Assembly (NCBI GenBank): GCA_965222155.1
Contig: CBDCTH010000012.1
Location: forward strand, 832,001 to 896,000
Direction: 5' to 3'
From: Gammaproteobacteria bacterium
GTDB taxonomy: Bacteria; Pseudomonadota; Gammaproteobacteria; Eutrophobiales; Eutrophobiaceae
DNA: 64,000 nucleotides
Part shown: in pieces, positions 28,143-37,881 of the stretch
How the letters are laid out: each line of letters starts with the position of its first letter
How positions within the stretch are numbered: position 1 is the stretch's first letter
The notes under the pieces: model-generated
The model's database searches: none
Seen by the model: only the letters and a program-made list of their open reading frames with translations
Told to the model about the DNA's origin: nothing
Made by a program: the position numbers and the translations under genes

Positions 28143-29075
28143 ATGTCCGATAATCCTGATAAACTGCTTGCTGACCAGTTTCGAGAATTAGTGCGGCGTT
28201 ATACCGGTTCTACGCCGGAATCATTCATAGATGTTCTCTGCCCTATGTTGGTTCCAATTTACAGTATAGATAAGGAGATCAAAAAAATCAGTGGTCAAAA
28301 TCACTATCGGGCGTCATTTTCTGTTCAAATTACGGAGCAGAACAAAGGTACGCTTTGCAGGGGATGTACCGGCAAGTTTGTACCTGGTATTTTTGCCAGT
28401 GGGGGAACTTGGAGGGAGATCGCAAAGGGCCGAATAATCGAAGTTGACGTTGCGACAAGTACAGCATTTGGAGAAATTTACACCGGAGGGCGTAAGGCGG
28501 ATCTGGAGGAAGCGCTTTCAGAACTTTCCTTGGATGATCTTCTTGAAGTTGATCAATATGGCGCCGCGGCAAAGGTACTCAGTGGCTTAGCGGAGCATTC
28601 ATTGGCAAAGCGTTTAACTGACAAGGGTTACATGGTTAGAAGGATGCCTGAAGATATGGCGCGGTATCTGGGAAGTTATCCGAATTACGATTTCGAAGTA
28701 TCGAAGGGGGGTCAGACCAGGAAGGTAGAAGTAAAATCCCTGTGGGGTACAGACACGCGATTTGCCCGCTTGATACACAGCACGACGTCTATCCCGGGAG
28801 GAAACCCCGGTGGTTGGACAGAAGAACAGCGTCGTAATTATTATCCCACTAGCAGTTGTAAGTTTGCTACACAAGATATTTTCGCAGTAAGCCTTTTCCT
28901 ACGAACTGGTAATATCCAAGATTTTGCGTTCGCACGTTCTGTCCCAAGAGACATTCAACCGTACGGGCTGCCAAGGGCTTCGAATTACCCTGCTCACGTC
29001 AATCAAAATCCCCTTTGCACTGTTGGGGATGGGTCATGGTTCAATTCTATTGATGAAGTATGGGCTCTTGCCTAG
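28143..29075 (+). CDS. Putative PD-(D/E)XK restriction endonuclease
   Basis: E...YDFEVSKGGQTRKVEVKS catalytic pattern; convergent with and overlapping a DNA methyltransferase; lower GC. Confidence 0.65.
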   Translation: MSDNPDKLLADQFRELVRRYTGSTPESFIDVLCPMLVPIYSIDKEIKKISGQNHYRASFSVQITEQNKGTLCRGCTGKFVPGIFASGGTWREIAKGRIIEVDVATSTAFGEIYTGGRKADLEEALSELSLDDLLEVDQYGAAAKVLSGLAEHSLAKRLTDKGYMVRRMPEDMARYLGSYPNYDFEVSKGGQTRKVEVKSLWGTDTRFARLIHSTTSIPGGNPGGWTEEQRRNYYPTSSCKFATQDIFAVSLFLRTGNIQDFAFARSVPRDIQPYGLPRASNYPAHVNQNPLCTVGDGSWFNSIDEVWALA

Positions 29076-31326
29076 ACGATTCTGCTGTGAGCCAGGATGA
29101 GATTAATTTATCCATGGACTTCGAGAACAAACATTCTTCCTGGGCTAGCTTTGACCGCATTTCGCGCAAATTACCTGCTTTTTCTTGAAGTAGATTCATA
29201 TCTTTTCTCAATACGGGGAGAAGAACACCGAGGAGACATTCCTCACTAATAGCAGGATACGCAATTCCTATATTATTGCGAAGGATTTGTTCGTTTGCGA
29301 AGTCCGATTGAAGCAACCGTGCAAGCACGGTTGCTTCAATCCCTTTACACTTGAGTACAGCGAAGCCCGTTGAACAAACGGCTTGATCCAGTTCTTGCGG
29401 GACTACTCCAATAGTCTTACGCTCTGGGCGGACAGTAGACACCAATACTTCACCTGCTCTCACTAGCTTTCTGGCGCGACTCGGCGCTTGATTACATTGA
29501 ATAGCTTTCGACGTAATACCTAGGGTTGCTGAATCGACATCGGATATTTCTATATAAGTAAAGACAGTTGAGGCATCAGACCGCCTGGGGTCTACACGGG
29601 TGTTCGAAAGAGTTGCAACTTCTCGAACAAACACGTCCGTCTCCCTTGAATTCTCTATTCGGTCTGCAATTTCATTAGATAAACCAGCATGGTACGTAGC
29701 ATCCCACCTAGGAATAGCAGGCGTAACGTTCACTAAACGCCCTATCCGTGTTTCATGCTCACGACTGGCCTCTGGTAAAATATCCACCAGATCGTTTCGG
29801 CCGTTCGACACTTTTTTCCGCTGGGAAGAGCGTGTCGTTACCTCATATCCAACATGGCGACAAATAGAAAAGTAAACCTTGTCTCTGCATACCCCCTTGG
29901 CTTTTTTTGTAAGATGTAAAATAGATGTTTTCGTCGTGGTTCCAGCTGCTCCGAAAGTCACTGGCGGGAGGGAGATGACTGAGCGAAGCTCTACCAGCGG
30001 AGATAGTCCTTCCCGTAACTCCTGATATATACCACGATTAGTTAGAATACTGTCAGGCATAATAGCTATCAGCGTCCCGTCTGGAGTCAGCCAATCTAAA
30101 TATCGTTCCAAAAAGATTATTTCAGAATCAAGTGATTTGGGTATTCGATGCGACCATTCAGACGCAACTTTATACCCTGTAAGGGATGACCTGGGAAATT
30201 CAGCTCCGAACGGCGGATTCGTGAGTATCAGTTTTACCTTTCCTTCCAGGCCTGTCGTTATTTCGGTTCCTTGCCCTTCCCTGGCTAAAGAATTTGCAAA
30301 ATACAGGTTCGCCGCAGGTGAACCGAAAAGCGCAAGATTAGTCAGGGAAAGGCGGATCATACGTTCACTCTTATCGATTCCCACCAGTACGGAACGGACC
30401 ATCTCATTAACCCAATCATCAGCACCTTCAGTTCCATGTCGTTTAAACACTTCGACATGTAATGACTTTAGAATCTCCGTTAGGAAAGAACCAACCCCGC
30501 AGGAAGGGTCAAGAATTATTCCAAAATCGGAACAATTTTTCGGGTGACATAGAATCTCGAAATCTTGTCGTGAGAGTGAATTGATGCCAAGACGACTCAT
30601 AAATCGGACTATTTCCGTTGGAGTGAGGTATTGTCCTAATTCCTTTTCATCAACAAAGGAATCCGCCAGGAACTGACCAAAAACGTCATTCAGGACGTCA
30701 GTGCCATCAGGTCCGGAGAACTCCGCTGAGAATTCGGGATTCGAGATGCAGTCAAAACAAGAAATGATTTCATCCGCGAAAACGTTTTCCGAATCTTTAA
30801 GCCGAAGATGGAAATCACTTGGTTTCAATGTATATGCAAGTGAAACGGGGAGGTGCTGGCTATAGATTTTGGAGACGAAATCCTTTAGTGCTTTTGCTGG
30901 TGATTTCGCCTTCTTGACTAATCTTGTTGAAATACCAGGGCCACCGGTTTGTAATGAAATGATGTGTGCAAATAATAGTTTCGATATTTCATCTAGTGCT
31001 TCGTGACGTGAGGACAGACTTCCACTTCGATGGAGGGCTACGCGGGCTTTCTGTAGAGTAGAAGCAATAACGGAACGAAGGTATTCCTCACGCTTTGGTT
31101 CATGCCAACCATAAAGAGGCAATGGTTCCCGGACTGAAAATGGAGGCAGATTTCCTGCCAACTTTCGGATTTGTCCTTCGATTGAGGGGTGGGGACGAGT
31201 TGCTCCAGAGAGCCATCTGCCTACGGTTGAAGAAGAAACGCCAAGCTGTGCCGCAATGCCTGTTCTTCCACGGGGGTCGGCGGATATAAGTTCTCGCACA
31301 AGGACAGGGATATCTGATGATTGCAT
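29047..31326 (-). CDS. N6-adenine DNA methyltransferase fused to N-terminal HTH and C-terminal HsdS-like target-recognition domain
   Basis: IAAQLGVSSSTVGRW HTH; GQYLTP, DPSCGVGSF, NPPF; PSRARKLVRAGEVLVSTVRP...STGFAVL...YPAI. Confidence 0.88.
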   Translation of the reverse strand: MQSSDIPVLVRELISADPRGRTGIAAQLGVSSSTVGRWLSGATRPHPSIEGQIRKLAGNLPPFSVREPLPLYGWHEPKREEYLRSVIASTLQKARVALHRSGSLSSRHEALDEISKLLFAHIISLQTGGPGISTRLVKKAKSPAKALKDFVSKIYSQHLPVSLAYTLKPSDFHLRLKDSENVFADEIISCFDCISNPEFSAEFSGPDGTDVLNDVFGQFLADSFVDEKELGQYLTPTEIVRFMSRLGINSLSRQDFEILCHPKNCSDFGIILDPSCGVGSFLTEILKSLHVEVFKRHGTEGADDWVNEMVRSVLVGIDKSERMIRLSLTNLALFGSPAANLYFANSLAREGQGTEITTGLEGKVKLILTNPPFGAEFPRSSLTGYKVASEWSHRIPKSLDSEIIFLERYLDWLTPDGTLIAIMPDSILTNRGIYQELREGLSPLVELRSVISLPPVTFGAAGTTTKTSILHLTKKAKGVCRDKVYFSICRHVGYEVTTRSSQRKKVSNGRNDLVDILPEASREHETRIGRLVNVTPAIPRWDATYHAGLSNEIADRIENSRETDVFVREVATLSNTRVDPRRSDASTVFTYIEISDVDSATLGITSKAIQCNQAPSRARKLVRAGEVLVSTVRPERKTIGVVPQELDQAVCSTGFAVLKCKGIEATVLARLLQSDFANEQILRNNIGIAYPAISEECLLGVLLPVLRKDMNLLQEKAGNLREMRSKLAQEECLFSKSMDKLISSWLTAESSRQEPILHQ

Positions 31327-31386
31327 GAAAGTTAATTTACACGGCGTGTATTAAAAATGCAACCAACATCTTAACATGCCGTGTGA
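31327..31386 (-). promoter_or_regulatory. Leaderless-type promoter with inverted operator boxes for the HTH-MTase
   Basis: Minus strand TTGCAT-17 bp-TAAATT-7 bp-ATG; boxes TACACGGCGTGT and ACATGCCGTGTG in inverted orientation. Confidence 0.6.
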
Positions 31387-31518
31387 TGGTATGCTGAAAA
31401 TCTTTTTACGATGGCCCCCACCGGACTAGAAACCAATAGTCATCAGGATAAATAGACTCCCTGCTCATCGATTTTATTCATTATCTCGACTGCGATGGTC
31501 TGATGTCCTGATCGGAGC

Positions 31519-32136
31519 CTACAACATAAAAGAGATATTCCCCTGAGCCTGATCCGCATCGATCAGGTGGATTTGTTTCACTTCGATAAGCCAGCTTTGA
31601 TCAACCTGGCGTTGCAGCACGTAGCCACCCATGCAGGCAAGGGTTGCGTGCTTGCCTCTGCGGTAAGTATGAATGGTTAAATTCGTGAGCGCTCGCAGTT
31701 CAGTCTCGCTGACGGCCCAGACCTCGATATTGCTCAGGCAATGGCGGGTACGCGTGGGCGGTAATTGTGAAAAGGCAAAGCCCGTGCGGAGCCGGGCGAT
31801 CTTGTCTTCCAGGCGCCGTCGGTCCTGTATCTCCCAGGTGATCGCGCATCGTGGGTCTTGTGGTGTTATATCAGTGGGGATCCAGTAAACGCACTGTTCC
31901 TGGAAAAGATCGAGCCACTCTTCAAATCTGTTGTCGTCCAACAGGCGGCACTCGCGGTTGAGCAGCACGTTTATCTCATAGAATTGCTCAGGCGGAATAG
32001 GTTGCCCGGGACTTGTCCAATTTTCCGCTATCTCCAACAAGCGGTCGTAGTAGTCATCATTAATATAGGTGGAAGGACCCGGTTGCTGTTGCAGTAACTT
32101 CGTACTCATCAGATCAGTTTCCCCTGCGCAGGTCAC
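31519..32136 (-). CDS. Aromatic ring-hydroxylating dioxygenase beta subunit
   Basis: ECRLLD..FEEWL...YWIP...RTRHCLSNI; true start may be slightly downstream. Confidence 0.92.
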   Translation of the reverse strand: MTCAGETDLMSTKLLQQQPGPSTYINDDYYDRLLEIAENWTSPGQPIPPEQFYEINVLLNRECRLLDDNRFEEWLDLFQEQCVYWIPTDITPQDPRCAITWEIQDRRRLEDKIARLRTGFAFSQLPPTRTRHCLSNIEVWAVSETELRALTNLTIHTYRRGKHATLACMGGYVLQRQVDQSWLIEVKQIHLIDADQAQGNISFML

Positions 32137-33445
32137 TGTCTGCGTCCAGGCGCATCAGGCGTTTCCATTCCTTGTAAAAGGTGCGCATGGTGATATCGCT
32201 GGTTACCGGCGCCCGGATGCCGTCAATTTCAACCACTTCCCGCTCACTGTGCAGGTGCCGGCTGCAATCCACCCATTCATGCTCGGGGATACTGAGACCG
32301 GCCTGGCATGACTCGAAGTTTTCAACGTCATCGACCTCGCCGAACATCGGAAAATCTTCCTGGGTGCGCATGCGCATCGCATTCACCTCGTCAGGCAGGT
32401 TGGAGACGGTCGTGGCAAACCAGAAAATATCGGTCTCAGCCACGCCCAGCGGGTTGATTAACTGTATCTGGTTGCCGATCAATAACAGGTTCGGGAAAAC
32501 GGTTAAGTTCATGCCCGCGCCCACCGCCAATTCAAGTAATCTTTTTGCTTCATTATCGCCGTATTTTTCAGGCAGGGCCCGTTCGAGATGCTCCCGTCCC
32601 GGCTGCGGGCGTTGCAGTTCCCAGGCGGATTTCGCGTGCATCTCGGGGCGCTGGTCCAGGTAGTAATGCCCGTTCTGGAAAGCCTTCACAAACATTCTGC
32701 TTGCGTCCGGGTCAGCCGCAAAATATTGCATATCCTTATCTCCATAGCGTGCTGCCGCCATCATCAACAAGGATCGGTGAGAATAAGCCGGATGGTACCC
32801 GTCCCCCTGGTTATCGGTGACGAATTTCCAGTTGGCCGCAACGCGGTAGCGCTGGGTCCCGCTTACCTCCACCTCTCCGTCGCCGTAGCGGTCCAGCCAG
32901 TCGTCAATGACTTTCTTACCGCCGGCAAGGTAATCCTCGAGATGTATCTGTTCAGGATTGAGACAGCCGAAAATAAAACCACGGTATGAACTGACCCGCG
33001 GCACTGTTAATAGGTCGAATTTCCCGCTTTCCCTGTCTGTGTCATAGGCATAGTCCAAAGGCACGGACACGGAACGGCCCGCCAGATCATAGGACCACGA
33101 GTGATAGGGACAGACAAATACCTTGGATCTTCCCTTATCCTCACGGCAGACTTTTGCGCCGCGATGTGCGCAACGGTTAAAGAGTATGTGTATATCGGCA
33201 TCACTGTCACGGGTGATGATCACCGGGCGGCCGCCAAGGTGGCGGGTGACAAAATCGCCTGCTGCAGGGATTTCACTCTCGTGACCGACGAACACCCAGG
33301 TGTTGGCAAAAATATTGCGCATCTCGCGCTGGAACAGAGTTGCACTCGTATAAACCGAACGGTGGATGCGGTCTTCTTGGATAAGATAATCCCAGTCAGC
33401 GGTTGAATCAGCGGCGCTCACGGGAGAAATTTTATGCATGTCCAT
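32114..33445 (-). CDS. Aromatic ring-hydroxylating (Rieske) dioxygenase alpha subunit
   Basis: NRCAHRG...CPYHSW Rieske motif; ANWK...DGYHPAYSH mononuclear Fe motif. Confidence 0.95.
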   Translation of the reverse strand: MDMHKISPVSAADSTADWDYLIQEDRIHRSVYTSATLFQREMRNIFANTWVFVGHESEIPAAGDFVTRHLGGRPVIITRDSDADIHILFNRCAHRGAKVCREDKGRSKVFVCPYHSWSYDLAGRSVSVPLDYAYDTDRESGKFDLLTVPRVSSYRGFIFGCLNPEQIHLEDYLAGGKKVIDDWLDRYGDGEVEVSGTQRYRVAANWKFVTDNQGDGYHPAYSHRSLLMMAAARYGDKDMQYFAADPDASRMFVKAFQNGHYYLDQRPEMHAKSAWELQRPQPGREHLERALPEKYGDNEAKRLLELAVGAGMNLTVFPNLLLIGNQIQLINPLGVAETDIFWFATTVSNLPDEVNAMRMRTQEDFPMFGEVDDVENFESCQAGLSIPEHEWVDCSRHLHSEREVVEIDGIRAPVTSDITMRTFYKEWKRLMRLDADSDLRRGN

Positions 33446-33617
33446 TTCCGCACCTGATCATTACATTCACAAAAGTACGAAAACAGGCCAAACCCGGCTT
33501 ATATTCGGCTGATACAACCCTGTATTCAAGGGTGTCGAAAACAGACGGAAAGTCATGGATACAACGTATCATAATGAGTTCTGGGGATACAATACTTAAT
33601 TCGGGCGCCCTGTCAAA

Positions 33618-33710
33618 ATGGCAAGGCTGGCAAGGATCGTTCTTCCTGCGTACTCTCACAATGTGATGCAACGGGGGAACCGTCGTCAGTATGTGGCAGA
33701 TTCTTCATAG
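33618..33710 (+). pseudogene. 5' remnant of REP-associated tyrosine (IS200-like Y1) transposase
   Basis: Translates MARLARIVLPAYSHNVMQRGNRRQYV, the typical RAYT N-terminus; preceded by a CTGGGGATACAATACTTAATTC REP-like arm. Confidence 0.7.
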
Positions 33711-33744
33711 TCCATAGTTTCTGTCTCTTGCACGTGATAATCAA

Positions 33745-34743
33745 TCAAGTCGACGTCGAAAGCGTCACCGTATTTATTTCTTCTTGTAGCCTTTGAAGTA
33801 CCACCAGAATCTCATCGAAGTCCGGGATCTCCCCAAAAATCATATTTTCCATTGCTCGATAATCGGATCTAACCGAGTCCAACAAATAGCGCCCCGGCAC
33901 CAACTGCAAGGTATCCGGTTGTGCCAACTCATATTTGGCCCATCCCCTCGGATAAAAACGTTGCTTGAACTCCACTACACTGGTCAACAGTTCTGTATCA
34001 GCCAAGGCCTGCTCCTTGACCGGCGACTGAGCCATCTTTGCTAAATCGTAATAGTGGCGCGAATAGCGGAGCGGCTGGTGACTATCTTCGGGGCGATGGG
34101 CCTCATGGTGCAGAATCGTTGCCTTCTCCCAAAAAGTACGCTCCGCCTTGAGCACTCGCACCATACAGTCGTGCTGTTCAAATACATCTGGAAACGCCTC
34201 GGCCGCATAACAACTAATCTTACGTGACTCATGAGGCAACCATGATGCCAGCGGGCCAATTTCCAACCGCACCTCGGGGCGGAGGTAATCATCTGAAAAG
34301 GCAGCGGGATAGTTTATATTAATCACGTGCGGGTCATCATCGTCCACGCGACAACCACATACCCCATCAAATGCTTTCTTGACCAATATCAGCAGATCCC
34401 CAGCAATATATTGCTGGGCTCGCTTATTAAGAGCTTTGTTCAACTGCTCCTGCTTCGTTCCGGAACGTTGAGCTAACGGGTTTTCATCGCCCAGTACGCG
34501 CCAGTCCAAGATCAAATCGATATCTTCTGAGAAGCGTTCAATCAACCGATATACCTTGGAGAGACTGGTACCTCCCTTAAACGTCAGTAACTGCGCAAGA
34601 TGCGGTTCTTGGAACAGCTGGTTAAGCACCCAGGTTACCCAAAAGTCTTTTTCCACAACGAATGGAGTCGTAGCTTTCTCCGTCGCAGTCTCCAAAAACA
34701 ACTCGCTACGTTCTCGGGCTGAAAGGCGGGCAATCCTTTCCAT
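33745..34743 (-). CDS. AbiEii/AbiGii nucleotidyltransferase toxin
   Basis: VEKDFW, FKGGTSLSK, RFSEDID, RTFWEK, SRHYYD. Confidence 0.92.
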   Translation of the reverse strand: MERIARLSARERSELFLETATEKATTPFVVEKDFWVTWVLNQLFQEPHLAQLLTFKGGTSLSKVYRLIERFSEDIDLILDWRVLGDENPLAQRSGTKQEQLNKALNKRAQQYIAGDLLILVKKAFDGVCGCRVDDDDPHVININYPAAFSDDYLRPEVRLEIGPLASWLPHESRKISCYAAEAFPDVFEQHDCMVRVLKAERTFWEKATILHHEAHRPEDSHQPLRYSRHYYDLAKMAQSPVKEQALADTELLTSVVEFKQRFYPRGWAKYELAQPDTLQLVPGRYLLDSVRSDYRAMENMIFGEIPDFDEILVVLQRLQEEINTVTLSTST

Positions 34744-35357
34744 CAGTCACCCTTCTTGCATATCCGTTTGATGGTTTCATAGATCCAGCCGGTAACCGAA
34801 CGGGTATTATCCCTGAGGATACGCTCGCAGTTCTTCGGTCCCAACTGGTCACGGATACTCCCGATCACTTTTTGGTCCACGTGTTCTCGGCCCAGTGCTT
34901 TCAAGGCCTGTACCACCAGGCCGCTCTCCCTGTATTTGAAACCCACGTCCTTCAGGGCAGAATTCTCAAACACCAGTGCATGATGTCCTACCTCGTATTC
35001 GCGGTCCGGACCGTCAGAGAGGTAAACCCAACGCCCCGGCACCTGGGTGGAGAGCCCCAACAGATTCAGGGCCGCATCGCCAGAGGGTTGAATGCGCCAA
35101 TTAAATTTGCGAGCTAATGCATAAGCAACTTGATCGAGGTCCGGGCTCAATTGACGCTCCAGCAGGTCACTATAGCGAGGATAGTCGTAGACCCCGCGAC
35201 AGACACGTCGAATCTTGCCAGCTTTTGTCAGGCTGGAGAGAGCTTGATGAATATTTGCCTCGTCAAATTCGGCCACAAAATCTGTTTTAGTAAATGCCCA
35301 ACCCCTACCTCGCCCATATATTCTTGAAATGACCTTTTTTTCAATACCTTGTATCAT
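34743..35357 (-). CDS. AbiEi-type antitoxin (DUF6088-like)
   Basis: IRRVCRGVYDYP, AALNLLGLSTQVP; translationally coupled to AbiEii. Confidence 0.85.
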   Translation of the reverse strand: MIQGIEKKVISRIYGRGRGWAFTKTDFVAEFDEANIHQALSSLTKAGKIRRVCRGVYDYPRYSDLLERQLSPDLDQVAYALARKFNWRIQPSGDAALNLLGLSTQVPGRWVYLSDGPDREYEVGHHALVFENSALKDVGFKYRESGLVVQALKALGREHVDQKVIGSIRDQLGPKNCERILRDNTRSVTGWIYETIKRICKKGD

Positions 35358-35474
35358 TATATATCGACAATGTTTTTTAGGAAAATAGTATAGTTTTTCT
35401 AAAAAACAGATTAGCAGACGTGTAGCTCTATGTACAGCCTGCAGTATGCAGTATAGGGTCAGACCAGTCCGTAT

Positions 35475-35785
35475 GCAGTATAGGGTCAGACCAGTCCAGC
35501 CTGACAGAACCTACTGAATAATAAGGGGAACCTGTCACAAAAGACGTGCTGTTCTACGCTTAAACTACGATTTTCATACGCCAAAACAGGACGTTAAGGA
35601 GGAAGTATCAGACGCTGCACAAGCAGACCACAGCGAATCAGGAGAGTAATGCCGTCAAACAGGGATGGGGAAGTTAAGACCTCAATTTTGAAAGCAAAAA
35701 GGGGGTTTTAAGGAGAAATAACCGGCGTATATGGCACATAAACTAAAGTGGAACAAATAGTTAGGCAGGTCCGACCCTATCCTTG
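35475..35785. mobile_element. 311-bp non-coding element, copy 1 (imperfect terminal IR ATAGGGTC[A/G]GACC)
   Basis: Near-identical to 37090-37400; left end carries a 27-bp tandem duplication (35444-35497); right end truncates abiEii. Confidence 0.75.
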
Positions 35786-35993
35786 CTGGGAAGTCTAAAT
35801 CTTCTGAAAATCGGTAGGTTTCAAAGTAACACTTCTTTAAGCAAGTGCCTCCCTTGAATACCCACGATTGAGATAAAACAGGGTTTGTATTAATAGCAGC
35901 AAGCAACCAACCGAGTACAGAGTCTTTCTCTACGACATTAGGCGTTAAACCTGTCTCATCGGCAAATGCCAGTATTTCATCCTTGCCTATCAT
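35786..35993 (-). pseudogene. Truncated AbiEii toxin
   Basis: VVEKD, FKGGTCLKKCY, RFSEDLDF, then runs into the 311-bp element. Confidence 0.85.
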
Positions 35994-35999
35994 TTCGCC

Positions 36000-36785
36000 T
36001 TATCTCCTTGGTACCCATAAATTCCACCGTGTAACCAACCGATTATTCTCAGCTTTTTTACCCAGAGTGGCATAACCTGATGTTATGCGTTCCCGGCACG
36101 TATTGATAAAAGAAGGCTTGAACTCAAGCGTTTCAGCCAGGTAACCCAGTTTTTTAAACAACGCACCATTATTGAATTGAATAGCGTAGTTCAGTAAAGA
36201 ATCAAGATCGCTTGGCTTATTAAATACCCGTGTAAATTCGATCAAGCAATCTGTTACATGTTGCAAGCCTGCACCCAAGTCCAAATCATCAATACAATCC
36301 AACAGTGTTTTATACGGGTCTGAAATTTGTATCTTCGCATTTTCCTGCCATATGGTTTTTGTGCCGAACAAATGCTTTTCAGCAACATATTTGATAAAAA
36401 AGTTAACGCCTTGATGAGTGGTTACGCCATAGGACACCCGCTTATGGGTAAGAACGCAGATAGACCTGAAAAGCTGTTCCGTCAACTCCCAGTGTTCCAA
36501 GGCGCTCCAGCCACCGATGTAGCCTGGCGTGTATAACTCCGGCACCAGCACCCAAGGGTCTTCAAGCACCTGGTTTTGCCCTAGCGCAGATGGCTGAACA
36601 GGAACATACAAACCGTGTGCAACGCGGCGAATTACTCCTTGTTTATGCCATCCTGCCAGCAATCTTGATGCATGTTGTCGGTCTAACCCCAGAACCCGTA
36701 TTGCATCGGATACTCTGATTCTCCCGGATGTTGCGCGTAATAATGCCGCTAATCGCTGTTGCCTTTTTGAAGGCTGACTGCTCAT
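36000..36785 (-). CDS. AbiEi-family antitoxin
   Basis: IRRVAHGLY, YIGGWSALEHWELTEQ, SDPYKTLLD, KKLGYL. Confidence 0.85.
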   Translation of the reverse strand: MSSQPSKRQQRLAALLRATSGRIRVSDAIRVLGLDRQHASRLLAGWHKQGVIRRVAHGLYVPVQPSALGQNQVLEDPWVLVPELYTPGYIGGWSALEHWELTEQLFRSICVLTHKRVSYGVTTHQGVNFFIKYVAEKHLFGTKTIWQENAKIQISDPYKTLLDCIDDLDLGAGLQHVTDCLIEFTRVFNKPSDLDSLLNYAIQFNNGALFKKLGYLAETLEFKPSFINTCRERITSGYATLGKKAENNRLVTRWNLWVPRR

Positions 36786-37089
36786 TGAACTATATCAAAA
36801 TACGGATTGTTAACAATATTAAAGAATATCATGAATTTTAATATAGTGCTACTAGAAAACGCATTAAAAGGAAATAAAAACAGATTATATTGTATAATAA
36901 TGTAGTTATCATGAATAACTGCAGACCGCTGTAAAGATAATTTTCTATGTCAGTATGACGAATTTAAGGCCGATTATATGGTTAGGTACGTCCAGGACAC
37001 ACTTAAAAGCTTTCCCGAATTAGGTCAGAAAAATACCCGGTTATGAAAATTTCACGATAGACAAAATCTTTGAAGATATTGGCAGTATC

Positions 37090-37400
37090 GCAGTATAGGG
37101 TCAGACCAGTCCAACCTGACAGAACCTACTGAATAATAAAGGGAAACTGTCAAAAAAGACGTGCTGTCCTACGCTTAGACTGCGATTTTCATACGCAATA
37201 ACAGTACGTTAAGGAGGAAGTATCAGACGCTGCACAAGCAGACCACAGCGAATCAGGAGAGTAATGCCGTCAAACAGGGATGGGGAAGTTAAGACCTCAA
37301 TTTTGATAGCAAAAAGGGGGTTTTAAGGAGAAATAACCAGCGTATATGGCACATAAACTAAAGTGGAACAAATAGTTAGGCAGGTCCGACCCTATCCTTG
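37090..37400. mobile_element. 311-bp non-coding element, copy 2
   Basis: Direct repeat of 35475-35785 with scattered substitutions; right end abuts a headless gene fragment. Confidence 0.75.
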
Positions 37401-37768
37401 ACTATGGGGCACAAACTGTTGGTCCCATTTGTTGGATATCAGAAAATAGTCGCCACAAATATCCAGAGAATGCAACAGATGATGGATTCGGTTGTGACTT
37501 TGTTATTCGCATAGATAAAAAAGTCCATTACGTTGAGGTTAAGGCCACTCAAGGAGAAGATGATACCTTTGAACTTGGTTCTTCTGAGGTTGAGTTAGCC
37601 ATCGATACTGCAAGGCGTAGAAATAAGGAATTCTTGATACTACATGTACTGAACGCGTTGGGAGATTCGCCGAGGGTTCGGTTGTTGCCGAACCCATATG
37701 ATAGAAAATATAGAGACAAATATCACTTTGAGGAAGCCGGGCTGAGGGTTAAGTATAAGATGCACTGA
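37400..37768 (+). pseudogene. C-terminal fragment of a DUF3883 / NO-VEIN-like nuclease domain protein
   Basis: Open frame without a start: ...DDGFGCDF...YVEVKATQGEDDTFELGSSE...LPNP...*. Confidence 0.7.
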
Positions 37769-37881
37769 TAATAAGTAATCGAAGCGTTCCCTCCGCCTAT
37801 GGCTAGCACCTCCGTCCAGCGTATCACCAGACCCAATCTGGCCAGAACGATGAACCGTACCTTTGAAAGACAGTCCCATTT

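Noticed and set aside
35475-37400. 311-bp direct repeats as prophage att sites or a DGR template/variable pair
   Set aside because: No integrase, phage genes or reverse transcriptase in the window; differences are not adenine-specific and neither copy is a real coding 3' end
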